Below are positions 24,331 through 35,700 of a DNA stretch of 64,000 bases, one piece after another. The stretch lies in assembly GCA_047967505.1 (NCBI GenBank), contig CM106538.1. The stretch is one strand, 5' to 3'. Source of the DNA: Dipteris shenzhenensis (lineage: Eukaryota). Made by a program: the position numbers and the translations under genes. The notes under the pieces were generated by a model. The model did not search any database, was not told the DNA's origin, and was given only the letters and a program-made list of their open reading frames with translations. The number at the start of each line of letters is the position of its first letter. Within the stretch, counting starts at the first letter, position 1.

Positions 24331-24834
24331 TTGGCATGCAAGTATGACATTTGTGTGTGTTTGTGAGAGATCTTATTTTTACACATGCTTTGAGAGTGTG
24401 GAATGAAAGTGTGTGGCACAATCTAAGTTGCATTAATTCGCTCGAATTTTTTTTTCGATTTGAAAAAATGCAAAAATTTGTGATTTTTCTTATTTACAAC
24501 AAATCTAACGATTTTTATTTATTTATTTGTACAAATAGATTATTCGTACGAATAAACCGTTATTCGTATGGATAGATATTGTTATTCATACGAATAAACG
24601 TAGTATAAACTTACAACCATTGCCATTTTTGGTATTCGTACGAATACATCCACTTGTATTCCTTGCCACCTGAGCCACCTACTTCCCTACCTACCACCTC
24701 CTGCTTGCCTACCTGCTACCTCCTACTTACTTCCATACCTACCAGCTCTCGTCATGGGTACCTTACTGCACCCTTACTTGTGTTATAGTCTTTCGTTTAG
24801 TAATTAATGTTTCTTTTGTTTTGTTTTGTTTAGG

Positions 24835-25440
24835 ACTGGCACTCATCTCTCTTAGGAGAGTTGTGTGTTGCAGTCTTTTTAAATTGTTTAATATTTATTT
24901 TGTATCATGTTTAAGTGTGTAGACAGTCATCTCTCTTGCGAGAGTTGTGTGTTGTATTCTGTTTTTGTCGTGTGTTTCAATTTTAATTATAATATAAATA
25001 ATTATCTTTTACCTCAGGCTAGCACTCATCTCTCTTAAGAGAGTTGTGTGTTGTAGTCCAAGCTTAGTGATCTTTTACCTCAGACTGGAACTCTTGGGCT
25101 AGCACTCATCTCTCTTAAGAGAGTTGTGTGTTGCAGTCCAAGCTTAGTGATGTTTTCATAGATGCTTATTCAGGCACTCATCTCTCCCTTGAGAGTTGTG
25201 TTACAGTCTAAGTTTAGAGATGTTTTCTTAGACCCTTAGTCTGGCACTCAAATATCCCTTGATAGTTGTGTGTTGTAGTCTAAGTTAGATATCATGCGAC
25301 ATTGCCTTAGACACTTAGTCTAGCACTCAATTGTCCCTGGATAGTTGTGTATTGCAGCCTAAGTTAGATATCATGCGATGTGCTCTTAGACACTAGTCTG
25401 GCACTCAAGTGTCCCTTGATAGTTGTGTGTTTTAGTTGAA
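24835..25440. repeat. Array of about 8 copies of a roughly 38-bp core with variable spacers
   Basis: Core gcactcatctctcttaagagagttgtgtgttgcagtc, with the internal palindrome ctctcttaagagag, at about 24839, 24922, 25022, 25103, 25174, 25244, 25323 and 25401. Confidence 0.85.
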
Positions 25441-25740
25441 GCCTAGTGTTAGATGGTCAAGTCCACAATTAGGTTATACCTAGGTCATTTTTTGTGTTTT
25501 GATTTTCTATAGTCTATTACATGATTCATTAGGGGAGAATTGGGGTCTCAAAAGGGCCTCATAAGGAATGGATTAGTCCTAATGAAAGGGCCAAGGTAGG
25601 TCCCAAAAAGTCCTAACCCCCCCTCACCTAGGTGGGTTAAGCCCACAAGTGACCCCACCTCTTACACAACTCTTACTCCTAGGTGGGAACCAAAAAACTC
25701 AAAATTCAAAAATTCAAAATTCAAAAATTTGAATTTTGAA

Positions 25741-26165
25741 TTCCCTCCCTCCTCTCTCCTCCCTCCCTCCCTCCCCCTCCCTCACTCCCCCTCTCACTCC
25801 CTCCTCCCCCTCCCTCCTCCTCCCCCTCCCTCCCTCCCTCCTCCCCCTTCCCTCTCCTCCCCTCCCCCTCCTCACTCCCTCCTCCCCCCTCCTCCTCCTC
25901 CCCCCCCCTCCCTCCCTCCTCCATGCCTCCTCCTTTTGCCCTCCCCTCCCTCCATCCTCCATGCCTGCTCCTCTTGCCCTCCCCCTCCCTCCTCCTCCAC
26001 TGCTGCTCCTCCCCCCTTCCTCCTACTCCTCCCTCCTCCCTCCTTCCTCCTCCATGCCTACTCTTCCTCACCCTCCACACCTGCTGGTTTGCCCCCCTTT
26101 CCTCCTCTTCAACTTCTAGTCCTCCCTCCACCATCCCTCCTCCTCCTCGCCCTCCCTCTTCCTAC
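25741..26165 (+). repeat. Polypyrimidine (CCT)n tract directly upstream of the RAG1-like ORF
   Basis: About 420 bp of almost pure C/T sequence. Confidence 0.9.
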
Positions 26166-26223
26166 ATGTTGCTCCTTCAAGCTTGCATCTCAACACCTTC
26201 TCCTTCTCTACACTCCTTTAGTC

Positions 26224-28847
26224 ATGGCACCATTCGAGGATGTCTCCAACAAGTACCAGGTTCACTTAGAGTTGGAGGCTGAATATGCAAGCACACGTAG
26301 TCTAGGATTGAGGGGAGATTCCAAAATCCATAGTGACCTTCATTCGGAAGGAAAGAAGCATCTCGACCTTTGGGTAGAAGAATCCTTGTATCCTTTAGAT
26401 CCTACCAACCAAAAGAGCCCTCCTTTCTATACAATGCATGAGCTAGTTCGGTTTGTTGGAAATGGACATGCGGAATTACTTGGTTATTGCAATCGGTTAA
26501 ACAAGTTTATACCAGCTGCTCATCTCATCAAAAACAACATCTCTTCTCATTGTAAACTTATGAGTAGAAGGGTTATAGCATCTATACCCTTTCTATTGTA
26601 GAGAATAACTAATAAAGATGCACTTCTCATCTTTTGGACCCAACTTGGATCTCCACTCATCTGGCACATGAACATAGGCAATGCAACCAAAAACTTTCAA
26701 ATGAGAAATATCTAGTTTCCTACCAGTATACCTTTCCTCTGGCATCATGCCATGTATTGTTGCAGTGGGAGTCTTGTTCATTATGTAGACTCTTGTATCT
26801 TTATGATAAAGCCAAAGCATTGGACTTGGAGTGAAAATGCATTGGACTTGGAGCGACATACATTAAAAGAGTCACTCTGTAAGCTAGCTGAGTCCAAAAA
26901 AGGCTTGGAAAGATCTATATACAATCAAGTACGATGAGCGGTAGAGAAGGAATGAGAGAAGGTAGAAGAACGAGTGCAAAAGATGAAAGAAACACCTTTG
27001 GGATTGAAGGAGAGGAAAAGAAGGTACTGGCATAACATGGATGCATTGGCACCCACTGGTGGTGCTAGAAAGAGGAGAGTCTGGGCTACAAGGTTGGTTA
27101 TCAAATGTTCCAATGAGATTACACTCTTTTGTGCTACACTATTTGTGACTAAGTTTCTATTGTGTTGTTCTTTAGGAACTTCATGGAAGATGTGATGGGA
27201 AGAACGGACGGGGATGATATTGACTGTTCATATGCTCTAGCTAGTTTATTGAAGTCAAGCGTGGTCATTGGGATACTAAGGGACCCAAGACACAAGCGCC
27301 TACGTGTGCAAGTTGCTAAGGAGGTGATGAAGGACTTCAAGGATATTGTGGATGCAAAGGAGATGCTTGCAGCTTGTGATACTGCCAGTGTAAGTCGTGA
27401 AGCTTACACATTTGTTTTCAAAATTTTCAAGTATGCTATTTTGGGAAAGTATAAGAAGTCTACAGTGCCCCTACCCACACCTTGGTCTGTGAGACATGCA
27501 CGGCGAGAAACAAAACAATGTGCAAGAGAAATGCTTGGAGGGTACCATTGCATAAGGGGCACAATGACTTGGAAGAGTAAAAAGAAATCTGGCTTGCAAA
27601 CCTTTGAGATGAATGTTTTCAACAATGTCTACTTAGATGTTGAGAAACTGCAACAAGCAATGGTCAAATTCTATGGCATGAGAGAAGATGGTAAGAGGAA
27701 ATCCATTATAGCATTGCACTTTACTTAGTTCATTTCCTATATCATGTTTATCCTAACGATTTTTCTCTTTTGTTGTATAGATTGCAATGGAAAGATCATA
27801 TTTGTCATCAAAATGGATGAAGCTCAATTGGTGAAAGAACACAAGTTAGAGAGAGTTAGCATCTGCATTATGAATAAAGCCTTAGCCTTTGTTCAAGGGG
27901 ATGAAGAAGTAGAGCAAGATTTCTCAGTGCAATCAAAAAAAGATATATGGTGGCTTGTAGCATTTGAGACTTCAAAAGAGTGCCATGAGACATTGAAGTG
28001 GGTTCTAGATAGAACAAGAATCCCATCGACCATCCGAAGACAAGAGGAAGGGCAAACACTATCAGTCGATGGCCATGGAACCTTTCAAGTTGAATGGCAT
28101 CTTGCTAGTGATTTGAAAACCCTCAGGTGCTTGCATTGTTGTGATACAGGGGCAAATGCAATGAGCACATGCCTTTATTGCATGTGTTCGCAACGTAAGC
28201 AAAAGGCTGGCTTACAATGGGAGAATGGCATTCTATCTTGTAGCCAAACACAAGCTCCAAATCGCAACAAGAAGGATTCAAAGTGGGATCCCATCTTGCC
28301 CATCCCACTTGAGAGAGTACACATATATACTTTACACGCAGAACTGTGCGTACTTGATAAGTTGTTGTATTTGCATCTTCTTTATACTTGGAATTTAATT
28401 CCGCAAGAAGTATTTGCACGGTGCATTGCAGAAGCTGAGAAGTTGTTGTCAGAGATGGGATTCCATGGAGGACATGTCAAACTTAAGGAGGATAAGAAAA
28501 TGTCTGGGGCAACACAGAATCTTCTTGCAAAAGTGTCCATGGGTGGAGGGCAGGCAAGGAGATTCCTATTGAACCACAATCTCGACAAAGACAAACATAC
28601 ATTGTCTCAAAGTAGTTTGGGTTGGGAATACTAGAAAGCATTGTGTGAATGCATGACCAATAAGGCTTCTCATCCTCAAGTAGCAACTTTGAGAGCTAAA
28701 GTATGGACAAAGGTAGATGCATTGATAAAATTGCTTTGCCAGGTTCAAATCGATGAGATGTATTATGAAAGGTTCAGGATGGCTGTGAAAGAGTTTATGC
28801 AATTAATGGTGAAAGCATGGGGGGAGTCACACATTATGCATTACATG
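26224..28847 (+). pseudogene. Spliced RAG1/Transib-like DDE transposase pseudogene, 3' end missing
   Basis: ATG at 26224 and frame-preserving introns 27093-27175 and 27691-27780. The motif order FVIKMDEA, WHLASDLKTL, GANAMSTCLYC, YTLHAEL, SMGGGQARRFL, HIMHYM parallels RAG1 KESCDG, GYDEK, YICTLC, DALHCD, MNGNFARKL, ITNYFH. There are a few premature stops (e.g. TAG 28632-28634) and a copia insert at 26505-26791. Confidence 0.6.
26505..26791 (-). mobile_element. Inverted fragment (about 290 bp) of copia family A/B integrase, no LTR
   Basis: VYIMNKTPTATIHGMMPEERYTGRKLDISHLKVFGCIAYVHVPDE matches about 17040-17330 and 20572-20825. Confidence 0.9.
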
Positions 28848-28927
28848 GTAATCTTGGCACCATTGTAACATTTAGCACTTAATTTACAAATAGTTTTGGT
28901 TGCTGATTTGATTCTCAAATTGCAAGC

Positions 28928-29260
28928 CTAGAGAGGAAATTGAATGCCATTTGAAGAAGAAGTGCACGTATGAAGTCGATGTTCAACAAGTGGAACTTAT
29001 AGATTGTTGTAAGTTGAAGTGTTGCTAGATTGCAGATCCTAATTTGGTTTTGCAAATGAGAGTGGAATTTTGGAGCATGAACTTGGAGAATCGAATGACC
29101 TATATCTTCAATAGCTTCACTAATGCTATATGGATTGATTCAAAAGGTGTTGCGTCACAACTGTTTAGCTTTGATGGGAGGAAAATATGTTGTAGGGCAT
29201 GGTATGAATTGCATGCAAATTCTAAAACTTCATACTATAGGTACAAGGAACAACATAATG
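28928..29260 (+). pseudogene. Cys-rich N-terminal fragment of a probable Sola/DUF7869-like transposase gene
   Basis: DCCKLKCC...QMRVEFWSM...FSFDGRKICCRAWYELHANSKTSYYRYK. It is truncated at the cacaacaaga terminus-like site (29261). Confidence 0.4.
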
Positions 29261-29500
29261 CACAACAAGACAAAGCAACTATAGACATGCCTGATAAATA
29301 GCGGGCACATCTATAGGCATAGAAAGAATAGTGAAAATACGAGCGCATTTATTAGCACATCTAATAGCGTGGCTATTAACATGTCTAATAGCGCGTCTAC
29401 ACTATCATTTAGACATGTATTTAGACGCATTTATAAATGCGCAATAGAGAATACAGAGAGTAAAATTTTGATGCATGCTTATAAATGTGCATGAATGCTT
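29261..29500. mobile_element. Possible degenerate CACTA-type end
   Basis: CACAACAAGA (one mismatch from CACTACAAGA) followed by short tagac/atagcg repeats. No partner end was found. Confidence 0.3.
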
Positions 29501-29739
29501 TCCAAATATTGCCCATGATCACCAAAGCACATTATTTTAATTAAAATATCAATGCTTTTTGGAAAACCCACATATACAAAAATTAAGTGAGGTGAGGAGA
29601 ATGAGAAAATATATAAAATAGTTTTGCCAATATCAATGTTGGGCTATGGTTCACAATCTCATCCTCAATGAGATCAACCCTTGCCAAACTATCTACTTCA
29701 AAATCGAAACCAATGTTGAGATCTACAAATACATTCCGC

Positions 29740-32700
29740 CCCTAGAGGAGCCTTTGCCCTGCTGGCCTCTTTAGGAAAGGGATGCCGATGCTGCTTGCCC
29801 ATCATGCTAGCTTTACATACATCGGGCAGATCTGAAATTTCTGGTAGGTCTGCAATCATTCCACTTTTATGCATCTCCTTCAAAGAACTAAGGTTTAGAT
29901 GACCAAACCTCTCATGCCACAGCTTAGTGTTCTTCACATCCGCTCGAGCAATAAAAGCTGAGAGTTCATAAATGTTGTTGCACCGTGTACCTTTACCAAC
30001 GACCTTCCCTTGAAGATCCAGAATCTGTGCACCATTCTTATCGAATTGAACTTTGAGGTCCCGATCCATGATCGCAGAAATGGACAACAAGTTCCTCTTG
30101 ATATCTGGCACATAAAGAACATCGGACAACTGTTTTACAACTCCATCTCTGACTTGAGAGCAATCGTACCTTTTCCTTTTGCTGGACATTTTGCATCATT
30201 GCTGACTGCTACCATGATGTCATTCCCTACCGACTGTAGAGAGGTATACCAATCCTTTCAACTGATCATGTGGCGTGATGCACCACTATCAATGATCCAC
30301 AGTTCATCTGCAGGTACATGAACTTCCTCTGTGCAAATCTTCTCAATTGCAATGAACAGCTCTACTGGTACTGCCTGCGTGCTATTGCTGGACTCTTTCT
30401 TCACTCTGTTCTTCTCATCTGCAATCTTCTTGTGGCACTCATTCTGCTTGTGCCCTGCCTTGTTGCAATAGAAGCACTTGATCTTCTTCTTTCTCTTTTT
30501 TGAGAATGCTCTCAACGGAAGCAAGAACGGAAGAGGGAGAGAGAGAAACAGAGAGCCACACAATTTTTGGTGGGTGCAAAACCACCCTAATCTTCTCTTT
30601 CATTCATTTATATATGTGTTTGAGTATTGTATATAACTGGGGTAAAGGCACAGTGACCTTTAACCCCCACAACCTCCCACTTAAAGGAAAATGTGCCTTT
30701 AAGGGAGAACGACCAGTGAGCATACTATCCAATGCCCATCAATACACGACAATACTCTAAATGCTGACAAAGCAATGCACTTCTGTGCACGAGACATCCA
30801 CGACACTTCACCACCTGCAAAGGTGAACACATAACCAGAAGTGGATCTCCTACTATCCACATGCCCTCTGCATAGTCTGAATCTGTGTACCCAAGTACAT
30901 GCATGTCTCCTCTACCAAAGCAGATGCACATCTCCTTGGTACCCTTCATGTACCTCATGATGCACTTAACTGCCTCCCAATGCCTCTTTCTTGGATTAGC
31001 CATATACCGGCTAACAACTCCCACTGCAAATGCAATGTCTGGTCTAGTAGCTATCAGAGCATACATAAGACTGCCAACTGCTGATGCATAAGGAACCTTG
31101 GCCACCATGGCCCTTTCCTCATCTGATTTGGGACTATCTGTATGACTCAGTTTCACATATGGAGGCAATGGAGTACTCACTGCCTTCCCCCCCTCCATAT
31201 TGAAATGCTGCAATACTTTTGTAACATACTCTTTTTGTGAAAGCCAAAGAAGTGTCCTACTCCGATCACGCGTGATGCACATACCAAGAATATGACCTAC
31301 AAGTCCCAAATCCTTCATATCAAAGGCCTCATGCAACTTGGCCTTTAATGCATCTAGCTCATAAGTATTCTTGCTAGCCAATAGCATATCATCCACATAT
31401 AGTGCCAGGATTATCAGGCTATTATCCTTAGCCCTTTTAGTGTAGAGGCAGTGATCAATTTCACTCCTTCTAAAACCCTGGGACCGAATGAAAGCATCAA
31501 ACTTCTGATACCATTCTCTAGGTGCTTGCTTAAGACCATAGAGACTCTTCTTCAGCTTGCAAACTAAATGCTCTTTGCCCTTTTCTTCAAAACCTTCCGG
31601 CTGCACCATGTAAATTTCCTCATGCAAATCCCCATGCAAGAAAGTTGTCTTGACATCCATCTACATAAGCTCCATATCCTCTGATGCCACTAGTCCAAGC
31701 ATGCATCTAAGTGTGGTCATCTTCACAACTGGAGAGGATATCTCATCAAAGTCCACACTCTTCTCTTGCTTGAACCCTTTAGCGACCAAACGGGCCTTGT
31801 ACCTAGGCACATCATCACCTGTGACCTTCATTTTGTAGACCCATTTACATGGCAATGCTTTCTTTCCATGTGGTAAAGAAACCAAGTCCAAGTCTTATTC
31901 TTCATAAGTGAACTCATCTCTGATTGCATAGCATACTCCCACTTGCGTTGATCCTCGCACATCATAGCCTCTCTGAAGCAAGAAGGCTCCCCACAATCAG
32001 TAAGCATCACATAGTCTACCCCTGGAACAAACCTATCAAGTGGTCTAGACACTCTAGATGATCTTCTCAAGGGCATTTCAGCTTGCTGTCCGACTTGCAT
32101 ATCAGCCACATTTGGCTCATCATTTCCACCAATAGATGATCCATAATCTACCCTTGATTGTATACCTATGGGAGTACTTGGTGGTACCATTTCTTGCACA
32201 TTTGGTGCATGGACAGCTTGCTATCTATCAACATATGTAGGTGGATTCACATCCTGGTTGCGTATGATCTTCTTTGCTTCTGGATCCCAGAGACGATAGC
32301 CCATCTCTCCACTTTCACCATAACCCAGAAAGATGCATTTCCTAGACTTAGGATCTAGCTTCTTTCGAAGCTCTTTCGGCACATGTGCATATGCCTCACA
32401 CCCAAATATACGCAAATGAGAGTAAGAGGGCTTCTTGCCACTCCATGCCTCTTCAAGAATACCACCATCCAAACTCTTACTAGGTGATCTATTGATCACA
32501 TGCACTGCAGTCTTCATTGCCTTAGCCCAAAAACCACCAGAAAGACTTGCATTGGAAAGCATGCATTGCAACCTTTCTTGAATGGTAAGGTTCATCTTTT
32601 CTGCAACTGGATTTTGCTCTGGAGTATGAGGGGATGTGAGCTCCCTCTTAATCCCACGTGTATCACAGAAATGTTGAAAGTCATGAGAGAGATACTCTCC

Positions 32701-35700
32701 ACCATTGTCAGTCCATAGGCATTTAAGCGTTCTACCTGACTGATTCTCAACCAAGGCCAGCCATTTCTAAAATACCTAGAGCACATCACTCTTCTGAGCT
32801 ATAGCATAAGCCCACACTTTCCTAGTTGCATCGTCAATGAATGTCACATAGTATTCAGCCCCGCCTAATGACCGTGTAGGCATGGAATACCTAGAGCACA
32901 TCACTCTTCTGAGCTATAGCATAAGCCCACACTTTCCTAGTTGCATCGTCAATGAATGTAGTACTACTCCAGGCAGAGAACCTCAAAATTTGACCAAGTG
33001 ATGATAAACAAAAATTCAAAAGACAAAGTGCTCAAAAATGTCACATAGTATTCAGCCCCGCCTAATGACCGTGTAGGCATGGGACCACATACGTCTGAAT
33101 GCACCAAATCAAGCTTTTCAAACTCTTTCTTTCCCCTTCTTTTACGGGCTGATTTAGTCTGCTTCCCATAGAGACAGTGCTCACAAAATTCAAAATCAGA
33201 GAAACTCAAATGCGGTACATAACCCAAATGGCATAAGAGTTTCATTCCATTCTGGCTCATGTGCCCCAACCTGCAATGCCATAAAGAAGTGCTTGGCTGC
33301 TCGGTTATTGCAACAACATGATCAAATACCCCTGATACATGTAAGGGATACAAAGTCCCACACTTGGCACCCCTGGCCAAAAGCATAGAGCCCTTCTGAA
33401 TTTTCCAACTCTGAAAGCCAAAAGTGGTGTGAAAACCAGCATCATCTAGCTGACCCACTGAAATAAGACTCTTGGTCAACTTAGGCACATGTCTCACATG
33501 TTTCAAAATAAATGCAGACCCATTTGCAAAAGAAAAATTTATGTCACCTACTCCCACTATGTCACATGCATAGTCATTTCCAAGATGCACACAACCTGTC
33601 TTTCCACTGTCATAAGTGGAGAACCATTCCCTATAGGGAGTAACATGGAATGAAGCACCAGAATCCAAAATCCAATCCTGGGAATATGCATCGTTTGAAG
33701 TGGTAAGTAACTCTGCAGATAAACTAGACATGAAGAGAACGTCATTGTCACTATCATGTGTGACTGCATTGATCTCCTCGATCTTCACTTTTCCTTTGTC
33801 CTCCCTTGGACTCTCTTCCTTTTGATTTGCACCCCAATTTGCATTCTTTTTCTTATTCTTTTACTCTCTTTTCACCTTGTAGCAATCCTTTTTCATATGG
33901 CCCTTCTTGCCACAGTGGTAACACTCAATGTTTCGTGCCCTGGATTTGCTATGAGACTTCCCTCTTTTTTGGGACTTTCCCCTGAATCGTGATCTGTCCC
34001 TTTGCACATTTAAGGCTGCATCCTACTTGTTGCAGTCCATAGACTTCCATCTAATCTCCTCGGCCAACAAGCTACCCACAACATCATCAAATTTCAGTAC
34101 TCCACCAGGTGCAGAGTTACAGACAGCTGTACGGAAGGTATCTCATGAGGATGGCAATGAACATAAGAGAAATATTGCCTTAGTCTCCGCATCAAAATTC
34201 ATCTTTTGAGCCTGAAGCTTTGGCTGAAAATAATATTGAATTCATTCAAGTGAGAAGCAATGGAGACCCCTTCCTTCATCTACAGCTCAAACAACCTCTT
34301 CATGAGGTAAACTTTATTAGAGGCAGTTTCCTTTTCATAAGTGGCACATAGTTTCTTCCACAAATCTTCCGTAGTCTGCTCATTTACTACTATGAAATAA
34401 ACTGACTCTGCAAGATGAAGTCTAATATTAGATTTTGCTAATGCATCAAACTCATTCCAATCATCCTCAGACATATTTGCAAGCTTAGCTTCAATCCTTG
34501 CCAAGGGTTTAATAAGCACATCCCTTATTTGTTCTTTCCACAAAGAAAAGTTTGTCCCATCAAACTTTTTAATGCTGAAAAACTCCTTTTCAGACATGGA
34601 AGAGGATGCCATGATGCAAATGAAGCAAAAATCCCAAATGCTAGTGCCTACAAGAGAGAATCACACCAAATACCAGGTGCACCCAAATGTGTATGCCACA
34701 ATAGAGTGAAATATCACCAAAACTCATGTCTCAAAACATATGACTCATGTGCATATACTATGCATCCATATGAGCAAATCTGGCCCAAAAGAAAATGCCA
34801 ACTGCAATGGCAATCCAAAATGCCAATAAGTGCCAAATGACTCAAGCATAAACACTGTCCACTGGCATATGCATTAATAATATCTCATCCAAGAGAGCAT
34901 AGCACTATCAGTGCATCACCTGCAATGTGTCAAAGCTGTCCCTCAGCATAAAATAGCATCCATGTGCAAAGCGTCCATAAAAATAGCATCCCACAAGACA
35001 ATTTGGGCCTATCAACGCATCCAATAAGGACCGCAATGCATCCAAATGGCCTATATATTATCCACTGCAACCCAATGCACACCATGAATGAGCGCACACT
35101 GCTCAAACTACAACCAGAGTGATCTACATAAGGTATGCTCAAGAAATCATAGTCCCACGGTAATGACTACTACTGAAAATAGAACCTGAGATGCCTCAAA
35201 ACATGGGCACCATTGCATAATCGGACTCAGCAAGAAAATCTGCAAATATCTCTCTTTTGCCGGAACTCCAAAATCCCAACCAATGAGTGAGAAATGGGAG
35301 TCAACACTTATCCACTACCATGCCAATAAATCTAAGGTTTCAAAACCTTAGAATGAAAAATGCATAACAGAGAGACGAAATCGAATACACAGAGATCTAT
35401 AACTCTAAAATTCCTCCACTTAATCACGTAAGAACTGACAGGTAGGGATTTTTGGGCGTCCAGAATGCAATGGGACAGATGGTTTTGGAAACCGTGGTCT
35501 CAATCACTGGGTCCAACACACGGACTGAAAAACGTTTTTGGAAACAGAGCTATTTGTAAACTCCACTGGAGTGCGAATGATGAGCAACATAGAAGTTTTA
35601 GGACCTCCTGAGTCCACCAGAACTGACAGATCTGCAAATGGTTGCTCCAAAATTGAGTTCCAACACCCAGGTAGAAAAATGCAAAAACTGACACAGTGAG

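Noticed and set aside
24835-25440. CRISPR array
   Set aside because: Eukaryotic context with no cas genes. The repeats drift along the array and the later spacers are homologous to each other.
25714-26220. Pro-rich (extensin-like) and Gly/Glu/Arg-rich ORFs
   Set aside because: They arise from the CCT/GGA tract. The plausible start is the ATG at 26224.
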